From Octopus bimaculoides (lineage: Eukaryota): a stretch of DNA of 64,000 nt. Below are positions 52,810 through 64,000 of the stretch, piece after piece. Both the position numbers and the translations under genes were made by a program. The stretch lies in assembly GCF_001194135.2 (NCBI RefSeq), contig NC_068989.1, forward strand, positions 55,789,109-55,853,108, in the 5' to 3' direction. A model generated the notes under the pieces. The model had not been told where the DNA came from. It worked only from the letters and a program-made list of their open reading frames with translations, and did no database searches. Within the stretch, counting starts at the first letter, position 1, and each line of letters begins with the position of its first letter.

Positions 52810-54590
52810 ATGGCATTGCATCGAATGTTGAGCAATTGCTTGGAAAAAGTATGTTGAATTGGAGGATGGACCTGACAGCATATGGAAGAAGTTTAGGGGC
52901 AGTAGAAATCAGGAGGGGCATCTTCCAAGAGGACTGCCTTTCCCCACTGATCTATGTACTGTGCATGATACTACTAACACTGATTCTGAGGAAAGCAAAG
53001 GCTGGGTATGTATCTAAGAGCCACCAACAAAAAGTCAACTACTTGTTATTCATGGATGACCTGAAACTTTATGGTAGAGATGAATCCCAAGTCAGTTCCC
53101 TAATTGATACAGTGTATACTTTCAGTGCTGATATCAGAATGGAGCTCAGACTAAGAAAGTGTGGTGTGTGAGTCTTGAAGAGAGGTAAAATCAAATGCTT
53201 GGACGAGCTAATGAGACCATCAGGGGAGGTTATGAAGCAGATAGAAGAGACGGGCTATAAGTACTTGGGGATTTGGGAAATCGATAAATTGATGGAGAAA
53301 GAAATGACAGAAAAAATTAAGGTGGAGTACTTGCGCAGACTGAGAATGATCTTTAAGTCGAAATTAAACAGACAGAATAAGATTGAAGCTATCAACACCT
53401 GGGCAGTTTCACTCCTTATATATGGATCAGGGACATTAAATGAACTAAACAACTTAGACAAAAAGACAAGGAAGTTGCTAACTAGATATGGGACACTCCA
53501 CTCAAAAGTGACACAGACAGACTGTATGCACCAAGAAAAGGAGTGGGTAGAGGACTTATTGGATGTGAACACAGCATTAGAGCAGAAGAAAACAACATAG
53601 CATAGTATGTAAAAAATGCCACAGAACTGCTATTATTAGAAGTAAGAAGGTCATGCTTGTGTGGGATGAAAGATTGCAAAGATAAAGCATTGTACAAGCA
53701 ATTGAAAACGAATGAAACTGAAAATAGGTGGGTAAAGAAAAGAATGCATGGACAATTTCATAGGGACGTTGAAGATAAGACAGACAGAGAAAAAAGATGG
53801 CTGTGGATGACTAAAAGTGATTTAAACCGAAAACGGAGGCTCTAATCTGCGCTGCCCAAGAGCAAGCACTAAGAACAAACTACATAAAATACAGAATTGA
53901 CAACACAGCAGAAAGTGATAAGTGCAGAATCTGTGGACAAAATGGTGAAACCGTATGGCATATTACCAGTCAATGTATGTCACCAGCCCAGAAGGAATAT
54001 AAGAGACACCACAACAATATAGCAAGGCTTGTCTGTTGGACACTTTGCAACAAGTATGGACTTGACAGATAAATAAAATTGGTACGACCACAAACCTGAA
54101 GGCATCATCGAAAATGATGATGCAAAGATCCTGTGGGATTTTATGATTCAGTGCAACCATGAGATAGAGAATAGGAAGCCAGACATAGTCTTAATTGAGA
54201 AAGAAAACAAACTATGCTGGATCATAGATATAGCATGCCCAGCTGACAACATGCTATGCGATAAGGAAGAAAGAAAAGTTGATAGATATGACAGGTTAGC
54301 TTGGGAGGTTAAGCAGTTGTGGTCAATGAAAAAGGTGGTAGTAGTACCAATAACTGTAGGAGCCCTGGGAACAGTGAGTAAAAATCTTGAGAAGTACATG
54401 GAACAAATAGGGGCTGCAATAAGGGTGGAGCACTTACAGAAAACAGTACTGCTTGGAACCGCTTGAATACTCCAGAAGGTACTCAAAAATAAGAGGTGTT
54501 ACCTTAGTTCACTGGTAGTTAACAGCTGACACCGTGGTATATCTCCAGTGTTGGAAGCCGTGCAAAGGCAATGATAATAATAATAATCAT
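52810..54590 (+). mobile_element. 5'-truncated, decayed R4/Dong-clade non-LTR retrotransposon (RT + CCHC + restriction-like endonuclease)
   Basis: RT motifs GIFQEDCLSP and YLLFMDDLKLY; CCHC (CRICGQNGETVWHITSQC); endonuclease KPDIVLIEK..IIDIAC..K; ends in a (TAA)n-like tail. Several stops and frameshifts. Confidence 0.9.
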
Positions 54591-55259
54591 AATTGAGATC
54601 AAATAAATAGTGCATGCATGACCATCTCCAAATATAACAATAACCTAACTTATTTTCGAGTCTATGATATGCTAGCACAAGAAAATAATCAAGGTAGTGA
54701 TCATGATCATGAATTTAAATTCTATAACAGACTTAAGATTTTATAGTGGGGCTTATTCTTGAGTTAAAGGTCTGATACTGGTATTTATAAAGAGAGACTT
54801 CTAAGTTACTTTGATTTCATTTCATGATAAAGAAATCAACTTATTATATATAGAAGTTTTACAAATTATATCCATGGCATACCACATGACAGGATAAAAA
54901 CTAAGGCATAAAATGAGGTTTACATGACAGACGGTCATGCTGTGAAGTATGTACAAGTGTGCAATTTAAATTCTGTATTATACCAACATAGACAATGATA
55001 ACATTAACAAGATAAGACTATGCAATTGTTTAGCGTAGTATGGAATTCACAGAAACATTTTCTATTTATTTTTACATTTTCTTTTTTTATTCTAACATCT
55101 TCTGCAATGTTTTTTTTATCCCCCGTTCTATATCTATTTTCCCATACTTGATGAGCAGGATTATTTTTGTTTATTTCTTTTTGTGTGTATGTGTGTTATT
55201 ATTTCTACAACTGGGTGATCTTCTTACATTATAACTACTCAACAGTGAAGTCTGGCAAC

Positions 55260-55393
55260 CTGGAACAAGCGCAGTTGTGAGTCTTTTTTTAGGAGTACAA
55301 CACAACTTGTAGCAGTAAGAATTGAACTGATGTCAGTGTGGTAAGCAGCATGACAGTTCAACAAATTTAAAGAGTAACTGATACTATTTTCAG
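55260..55393 (-). CDS. Putative exon (ENSISYSLNLLNCHAAYHTDISSILTATSCVVLLKKDSQLRLFQ)
   Basis: 134-nt open frame, phase-compatible with 59081-59149. Splice sites are only moderate (aacttag|, CAG|gttgcc). Confidence 0.25.
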
Positions 55394-55603
55394 CTAAGTT
55401 TCTTGAAGCAAGCAGAATATTATTTTTGCATAAGAAGTACAGCACACTACTGTTTTTAGAATTTGATTTTTGATCAATAGATGAACACCTACATAATTCC
55501 CATGCATAATATTTTCAGATACTCCCAAGAATGAAGCAATTAAGCTAACACTTACCATTTCTGAGATGAAACACCTGATTAAACTATGCACACACATACG
55601 CAT

Positions 55604-55660
<57 letters not shown>

Positions 55661-57699
55661 CATATGTATGTATAAGCATGTGTGATGTGTGCATGCATAC
55701 ACATACACACACTGATACATGCAAGACAACTGAGACAACACTTGAATGTCCCAGGTGATGATGGCCTACTTCAAAACTTTGCTAGCGACATCAGTTTTCT
55801 CAACAGTACAAACCACAAAAAACATTGATAAGACATGCTGCTTGATAAGCAAAATATATAACATTAGGCTGTAGGTGAAAGCAAACCAGTCAAGGTCACT
55901 TCATTTGCAACACTTTCCTTCGAAAGAACATCTGTTATACGCTCTGCAAACACTGCCCTCCTAGACTTTAACTGTTTGTTTTAAATGACTCATTGCATAG
56001 GCTTTGTCTGCAGGATATATATTTTACAATTTTTTTCTGAAAAAGTTTCTTTTTTTTTTTTCCTCTCATGAATGGAATTCATGAGAAAAAATGTATATGT
56101 AAAACCGCCTGCTTGGAGGCCTGATGGTAAGTGCCCATATTATTACCATCAAAACAATTACCACCACCAAATCATTAATTTCATGGCTTGCTTTTTATTT
56201 TTTCTGGTATCAGTTAAAGAGATCAGCTTCCCTTGTTGTGCTATTCTGTTATTCTTAAGAAACTCAAATAAACATCCCTTTATCAGACTTCCCTTTGTTT
56301 GGTAACAGCTAACCATCAATCCATGGTAGTTGTCCATTTATTTCTTATTAACCTTTTCGATCATTAACCCATGACTTTTCAATGATATTTACTACATTCA
56401 TGGAATTAAAATATTTCACAGTTCATGAAATCTAGGCTTTTATGAACCAAAAGAGAGAATTATCAACAATATTCCCTTGACCCTAGAATTATCATCCCCC
56501 TCCCCCAGTATTGTGATATTCAAGATATAATCCTTTCTACTAAAGGCACAAGGTCTGAAATTTTGGAGGAGGGGACTAGTTGATTACATTGACCAGTATT
56601 TCAGTGATACATAATTTGTCAACCCTGAATGGATGAAAGGCAAAGTCGACCTCGGTGGATTTGAACTCAGAATGTGAAGATGGATGAAATGCCGCTAAGC
56701 ATTTTGTCCATCATGCTAATAATTCTGCCAGCTCACTGCTTGATATTCAAGAAATAGTAGCAACTATCTTTACCTCTTCTTAGAGACCAAACCTTGTCAT
56801 AGCATTTTTGATCAAATTACTGCACTTTAAGATGCTAGAATGGCAAAGAGATACACTGAATACTTTACAATATTCAGTAGTTTGTAGTTTTAACTCTAAA
56901 TCATTCTCAATGATTAACATTATTTTCCATCCCCTTATGATAAGTTAATATGCTCAGTTTCAAAGTCTTCTATCTATTCTTGCATTAAAAGCATTCCCTT
57001 TTGACCTGAAGTCAGGGCACAAGTAAATCCTGAGATGTCATCTTCACCATTATGCAAGTGCTAATTACGTCCTTCTACTCACATCAGTAAAATAAGTACC
57101 AGTAATACATTAGAGTCAACTGAAATCATGCAAACTTCTTCCTCTCTAGATATTTGAGAGATCTAAATCTAAACAAGAGCTATTGTAATTTTCAGAGTAG
57201 CAGTAAGTTCAGACAGCAACTTGGCTGAATCATTAGAGTGTTGGGCAGACTGTCTAGTAGCATTTCGTTCCAGCTCTTTGTGTTCTGAGTTCAAATCCCA
57301 CCAAGGTCAACTTACTTTTCATCCTCTTAGTATCAATAAAATAAGAGCAGTAAATTGGTAGACTTGATAGAGTTATCAGACAAGATTCCTTGCAGTATCT
57401 GCATTGATTCTGTGCATTCTAAGCTCAAATTATACCCTTTTCTTGAAAAATAGTAACACCTCTATCAAGAGTTGTGACATACAAATAGGCTTAGCAATTT
57501 GAAAAACTGATGGAAACATAGTTTTCAAGCTCTTTAATAACATTAGTAAAGTGAAATAGTAAACCTAAAATTAAACCTGGTTAGATTTGTTTTCTGAAGA
57601 TTTAATACTGTGATGGAGGCAGTTGATCACCTGCTCAACCATTGAAATTGATGATCTGTTGAATTACTTTGATGCTTTCATGTAAGACCATATATAAAA

Positions 57700-58656
57700 T
57701 AAATGTAGTGTCAAAAAGTTCCTGGAATAGTTATGTTCAACAAAAAAAAAACTTATTTATTTAGGTTTTAAAATCATCTACTTTGAAATAGTTATTTTGC
57801 ACAGCAATACACTGGTCACCACATCCCTGCTACTTTTGGAATCTGGCCTGGAAGTCGTTTTCTGTAAGCAAGTGAAGGATCTTCTGCAATATGCTCTTGA
57901 TCTCGACAATGATGTTAAAATGGTAACCTTTTGAGCTACATTTTCATCTCGAGGAAGAGATGGAAGTCCGCAGGTGCTAAATCTGGTGAATAGTGTAAGT
58001 GCAGAAGTGATACCATGTTGTTTTTGGTGAGAAACTCACAAGCAAGGAGAGGTTGGTGACAGGGTGCATTGTCATTGTAAAGTATCCAATTATTATCCAT
58101 ACTCCACAGAACTGGTTGCTTTTACTGAATGTCCTCCTTCAAACACTTCAAAACGTTATTGATTGTCCTCTGACTATCCTCATGCACAAGCTGATGAATT
58201 CTCTCCATATTTCCAGGGGTGATGTTCATGGCAGGTCTTCCAGATCACTCATCATCTTCCAGGGATTTTCTTCCACTTTTGAAGCACCTGTGCCACTCAA
58301 AACAGTGTGTACAACCCATTGCCTCATCACCATAAGCTTGCCAAAGCATGTTCAATGTCTCTGTAACAGACTCCCCAAGTTTAGCACAAAATTTCATGTT
58401 GGCTCTTTGTTCCAGCTTCCTGTCCATGACAAAAATTACAGACTACAGCATACACATGATCACAAAAACACAAATTTCACAACTTGCAAAATAAACACAG
58501 CAATGTCACTCAGCACACTGCTTCATGGCGGTCACTGCTAGCTCTCACTGTGCACACAACCATGTGCACTACAGAATTAGTGCACTACAGAATTAGTGCA
58601 CTACAGAATTAGTGCACTACAGAATTAGTCCAGGAACTTTACGATGCCACCTCATA
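57700..58656 (-). mobile_element. Internally deleted mariner DNA transposon, copy 2
   Basis: MDRKLEQRANMKFCAKLGESVTETLNML.. (HTH, 58245-58427), YNDNAPCH and YSPDLAP motifs; same TIRs as copy 1. Confidence 0.92.
58564..58627 (+). repeat. Perfect 16-bp tandem repeat x4 (GTGCACTACAGAATTA)
   Basis: Directly visible, at the inner edge of the mariner TIR. Confidence 0.95.
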
Positions 58657-59080
58657 CATACTCTTCTTATACTGTTCAAGCATATTATAGCAGTTAGAAG
58701 GGTAAGTGACCCTGGTGCTAGAAAATTTATTGTTCACATATTGATATTATTTTAAAAATACAAACACTTCATGGTGTATTGTTTATCTTAATTGCAAGAG
58801 ATATGTAAATACTGTGTGATTGTATATCATTTGATCAGGAACAGAGATACTGAGCCAGATTAGATACTTTACTTCAAAGCCCTTTGAGTTCACATATACA
58901 CACACATACACACCCAATTTCTTACATGAATGTGATTTCATGCATATGTGTTTATATATTTCACCTATGCATGTTGGGAAAGAATCTAAACATCAGTGAA
59001 AAGTTGATGCTCTTCAGATGAAATCTTTTGTGAGATCAAACTCCTCTGCATCGAGTTAGACATTCACTAATCACTCTCAC

Positions 59081-59149
59081 TATTAGAAATGCTGTGAATC
59101 AGTGATTGACCCACTGGTAACCTATATCCAATTTGTAACTGTTTACAAA
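59081..59149 (-). CDS. Putative exon (CKQLQIGYRLPVGQSLIHSISN)
   Basis: Acceptor catattacag|, donor |gtgaga, 69 nt, phase 1 to 1. Confidence 0.3.
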
Positions 59150-61299
59150 CTGTAATATGAAACACACACAGATATATATATATATATANNNNNNNNNNNN
59201 NNNNNNNNNNNNNNNNNNNNNNNNNNNNNNNNNNNNNNNNNNNNNNNNNNNNNNNNNNNNNNNNNNNNNNNNNNNNNNNNNNNNNNNNNNNNNNNNNNNN
59301 NNNNNNNNNNNNNNNNNNNNNNNNNNNNNNNNNNNNNNNNNNNNNNNNNNNNNNNNNNNNNNNNNNNNNNNNNNNNNNNNNNNNNNNNNNNNNNNNNNNN
59401 NNNNNNNNNNNNNNNNNNNNNNNNNNNNNNNNNNNNNNNNNNNNNNNNNNNNNNNNNNNATACACATATATAAGATGCTGAGCTGGCAAAAATCTTCAAT
59501 GTGGCAAGCAAAATGCTTAGTGGTATTTTGTCTGTCTTTGCATTCTGAGTTCAAATTCCACCATGGTCAACTTTGCCTTTCGTCCTTCTAGGGTTGATAA
59601 AAATAAGTATTCATTGAGCACTGAGGTTGATGTAATTAACTTAACCCCTCCCCATAAATTACTGGTCTTATTCCAAAATAAATAAATAAATAAGAATTAC
59701 ATATGAAATAAAGTCAAGCATTACTTGGACATACTAATCTGTAAGAGCTGAGATGAACAAGTAAAGCAGCTAAGAGTGACAGTTTCAAACTTCCTCAGCT
59801 ACATAATGCTAACAACAAGATTACATTACAATTGATGGCAAAGCCTCAGTATTGTTAAAGCTCAATTACTGAAACCAGTAAAAAAATAAGTACGAAGTAG
59901 GATTTAAGTGTTAAAAATAACCAAATACAATTAACAATTGTTATAACATTATCAAGTACATTTGCAACATAAAGTTCACTAAACAATTTTTTACAATGAT
60001 CTTATGAACAGAAATTTTTTCTTGTAAAAATTGATTTTTCCCACTATCAAACAAGTACTACAAAAGTTTGAAAACATCTACATACATAACAGTTCTATTA
60101 ATTAGGTTTTTAAATTTTTACATACATTTTCATATTAGTATGTAAGATAGGTCAGTGAATTTAGATATCTATGTACATTTAATGTATGTGTATTCTTACT
60201 TTAACATCAATCATACAACAATGAAATGATAAATATCTTAGCACACCTACAACCTTTAGTATTAATAACACTACCATATTTTTCATGCATAAAAGTCATC
60301 TATTTACTCAACTGTTGTACGACAAATGCCTATTTGCTCAATTCATTTCTTTAACACCATACAAGCCCTGTTCTTATTTTAAGTCATGTAGAATAAAAAT
60401 AGTGATATATCCAATAACATGGATTCCGTAAACAGCTGGAGATTCAGTCCTTTCCAAATGAAACCATCCATAACTAGAAATCATATCCATGTATATATAA
60501 TATATATACACATTTTTCAACTCAGCACTCTAACTTCCCACATGTTTTGTCCTGCTACAAATCCATCATTCTATGCATATATCTAACTTCATGTGAAGCA
60601 GTAAGTTTCTTTATCACTGAAACCTTTGTAATACAATAACTGCCATATTCAATATGTAACTGTCGAGCCTCAAACTTCGCAATTTCCTTTCTTACACCAC
60701 ATCTGCAACACATTGAATCCATTTTTCTTCCTTGGTATTCTCTTGACAATTTACAATTCCAACTTATGAAACTATAGCATGTCATTTTTTACGCATCACC
60801 CTTAGACTTCTCAAATTCCAGGCTTATTTGTTGATTTATGAGAAGAAAATCAAAGACTACATACAATGATGTATTTCAGTACTGCAAATGAGCAATTCAT
60901 CATTAACTGGGAGAAAAATGCATCAAAATAACAGAGCAAACAGAAGTTGTTTATGAAGTAGTAGAAAAGTGAGAAACATTTCTAACCACAAGGTATGTGG
61001 ATATTACTACTTAGAGGAAAAAAATATGTTATCATGATGGTCCAGTATTTCTTTCATTGCATCTTCCTCAAAATTTGAAACATGATGACGCATCAGAGAC
61101 TAGACAGTGAAAAGAGCATAGAAAGAGACTACTTCCAAAAGATATTTGGTTTATCTACATCTTACAAATATAAAATAGCCTCTAATATAAATTTAAAGAA
61201 ATATTCAGAGAGAATAAATAGGCACAGAAACAATTGTTACTTACAAATGTAATCTTAACAACATGCCTCTTTCAACAGTTCATAGGTATTAACCTGAGT

Positions 61300-61870
61300 G
61301 CATACTTCTTTTCTAACATCTCCTGGTAGTGCTGCATTTCTCCTCCATATCTTCAGTTCCCCTCCAAAAGTGAGGATGTCACAGTGAATGATTGGTACCA
61401 ATGCCATCCTTTCTTGAAGGGTTGATTTTTACTCCTCTTTGGAATGATCTTCAGCTTGTCTTTGAACTGTTTCTTTAGTTTCTCCATCCAGGTGATTGAC
61501 CATGCTATAGCTGACAATAGAGGATCCAATGGAGAAGGCACAAGTCAAGTAGGTGCACTACATTTCTGAACCATCTCAGATGATACCTGTATGATGCAGA
61601 TTCATATCTTCTGGTGTTGGTTTGATGAAGGACTTCTCTGTGCATAATCCATCTTGCTAGGGGACTGAAAGGATCTTCTGAAGACACTACATATTAAATG
61701 CCTCAAGGACCTTAATGTTTTTTGTTGTAAATGGTCCATAATACACACCCATAGAGGAAAAAGGAAACACAAAGGGCACAGATGATGAAACCTTGTTATG
61801 GAGGCTAGGGTGGTTGAGACTTTCAAAGGCAACAGAAGCATGTCTGAGGCAGTTAAGAACCTCCTTATCT
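61300..61870 (-). mobile_element. RTE LINE 3' remnant
   Basis: Frameshifted KVLEAFNM*CLQKIL, EVLHQTNT..HLRWF, WILYCQL and KKQFKDKLK. Confidence 0.75.
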
Positions 61871-62977
61871 CATGTGCAGTCACTGGAAATAACACTGCTT
61901 AAGTATCTAAAATTGGGAGGTTGTTGTTAGTTGTCGCTGACGTGCTGAGAAGATGGGGACGAGAGAGGGAACTGTAGCTGGCCATAAACTGATGGCCTCA
62001 GTTTTCTGGACATTACTTATCAGGCTAAATCTTTATAACCTGTAAGATAAACCTTGAAGGACTTCTGGTGTGTGAGCTACCACACCAGAATCCCATACTT
62101 TTCCCCCAAAAGTTAATAAGATGAAACAGTTCAAACTGATGTTTGAAATTGAGTCACAGACATTATTCATAGAGAATATACTATAGTACCATGTTGCCAT
62201 CAAATCTATGAAGCTGGAATTATAGGAATATATAATATTTCATGCCTTTTCCAAAGGTATTTTAATTAAGTAGTTTCAACAGTAAATTGAAACTGGTTTA
62301 TATATTTAGCTTACTGAGAGCTAATAGCTATGTTATGACATCTATTATCAAATTTTGACACAAGGCCAGCAGTTTTCAAGAGAGTGTTGGACAATTACAT
62401 AGAACCCAGTGCTCAACTGGTAGTTGCTTTATCAGCTGAAAATTATGAAAGGCAAATTCAACCTTGGCAGAATTTGAACTCAAAATATAAAGAGTCAGAA
62501 GATATGCCACTAAACATTTTGCCCAACATGCTAATGATTCTACTGGCTTGCCACTATAATAATAATGATGATAATATTAGTAATAATAAACAAAAGCATA
62601 TATTTTTTTTTTAAATTCATCAAGCAAAACATAAAATCTTGAATATTTGAAAACATACTTAAAAGTAGCAAATTAAAAAGTTGTATATATTCTAAGAAAT
62701 ATTCTAAGTGCTCTTCATGACAAAGTACAAATCAATTATAAAAAAAAAAATTGAAGCAATAAAAAAATAATTTCACAAAATATAGAAAAAAAAAAGTCAG
62801 CATTTCTAACTACTAATACCTTTTGCTAAAGTTGTCCTGCAGCAACAATGTGTTGTCAATAGCTGAGAAGGATCAACTTCTCTATATAACAAGGATACTT
62901 GAACTATTGACAATACACTCGTTGCTCTCAGATGCTAACAGATCTTATGTCAAATTTAACGTAACAAATGAACTTAC

Positions 62978-63061
62978 TTGTTGTCTGTGAGAAAAGTTGG
63001 ATCCTCAGTCAACTGAAGCCTACTTAATCCTTATGTTGATAGTCATCAATTTCCTGATGGT
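62978..63061 (-). other. Putative non-coding (5'UTR-like or poison) exon
   Basis: Strong acceptor attttcttgcag| and consensus donor AA|gtaagt, but all three frames contain stops. Confidence 0.4.
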
Positions 63062-64000
63062 CTGCAAGAAAATACAATTAAAAGAGGAAATGACCTACAG
63101 GGTAATCACTTTAACCACTTATCAAAATTATTACAAGGCTGAACAGGCAAATTAGTTATGAAATATCTAATTATTTTCAAACAAATTCTTTTTTTATAAC
63201 TTTTTAATTCAAAATATAATCCATTGAACTTTGATCTTGCAACTGAAAAAAATTAAAATGACGACAAGCAAAATCAAACAGAAAATATGAAGAAATGTAA
63301 TAAAAGAAAACAGAAGTTATGAAATATTGTTGTTTTATAAGACTGAATCAAATAAACAGGATCGAATACTATACTGTGCAATCAAATGTCCACCTTGAAT
63401 CCAAGTAGAAGTAGGTCTATTGTAGTTCAATTCTTAGTCAGGTAAACAATTATGTCACCAATCAGAAATAAGGACCGACCAAGCAAATCAACAAACACCA
63501 ACACCACCAAAAAGTTACATGAATGTACCACACACTTCCATTTCTTTCTAAAGGAATGTTGCAACATCAACAGAAAAAAATAAATAATAAATAATAAAAC
63601 ACAAAAGTGATAACTAGTCTGAACTTTTGAAAATTAAACTATAAATACAATATCTAATTTGAATTCCTGCTTTTCTGAGACATGAACTGGTGGAAATCCC
63701 TGAAGTTGCATGTGCACAGGTTACAAACTAACACATCTGTCTCTCACAGATTAGTAAAACAAAACTTTTTAAAATCAGAGACCATGCAGATATAAAGTTA
63801 TTACAAACTACTCTAGTCCATGTACTGTCATCCACAAATCACAGATGATTCAGTATATATTAGACCCGGCTCCATGAGTTTCTTGTGCTTAAATCACACA
63901 GTAGAACTATCCATTTTCCAGATGAGTAAACTGGCACAAGTGATGTACCATGCAATGGCTAAAGTAATGATTGAAGTTACAACTAAGAAGTAACAAATCA

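Noticed and set aside
58564-58627. Repeat array considered as CRISPR-like
   Set aside because: No spacers, eukaryotic context, and it lies inside a mariner.
60555-60785. 76-aa minus ORF as the first coding exon
   Set aside because: Plausible, but the donor is weak and it does not phase-join the next candidate (~60390-60470); not supported enough to list as a feature.

Overview
AT-rich, repeat-dense eukaryotic genomic DNA with six assembly gaps. The SINE families, LINE remnants and microsatellite load point to an octopus (coleoid cephalopod) genome; this is inference from recalled repeat consensus features. The window is mostly intron-like. It holds dozens of tRNA-derived SINE copies from at least three families and degenerate LINEs of three clades: RTE (several, one with a C-terminal C2H2 zinc-finger array), CR1 and R4/Dong. 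It also holds two internally deleted mariner transposons, hAT and piggyBac-type MITEs with clear target-site duplications, a Penelope-like fragment nested in a SINE, and many simple repeats. Scattered through the unique DNA are short minus-strand segments with canonical splice signals. Several chain in phase into an unrecognised protein, including a run of 14-50 nt micro-exons; I could not assign a gene name. Most ORFs in the supplied track are microsatellite or gap artefacts. I found no CRISPR array, rRNA or intact tRNA, and no evidence for a wholly new system. The best leads are the unidentified multi-exon gene, its inverted-repeat-flanked exons and the zinc-finger-bearing RTE.
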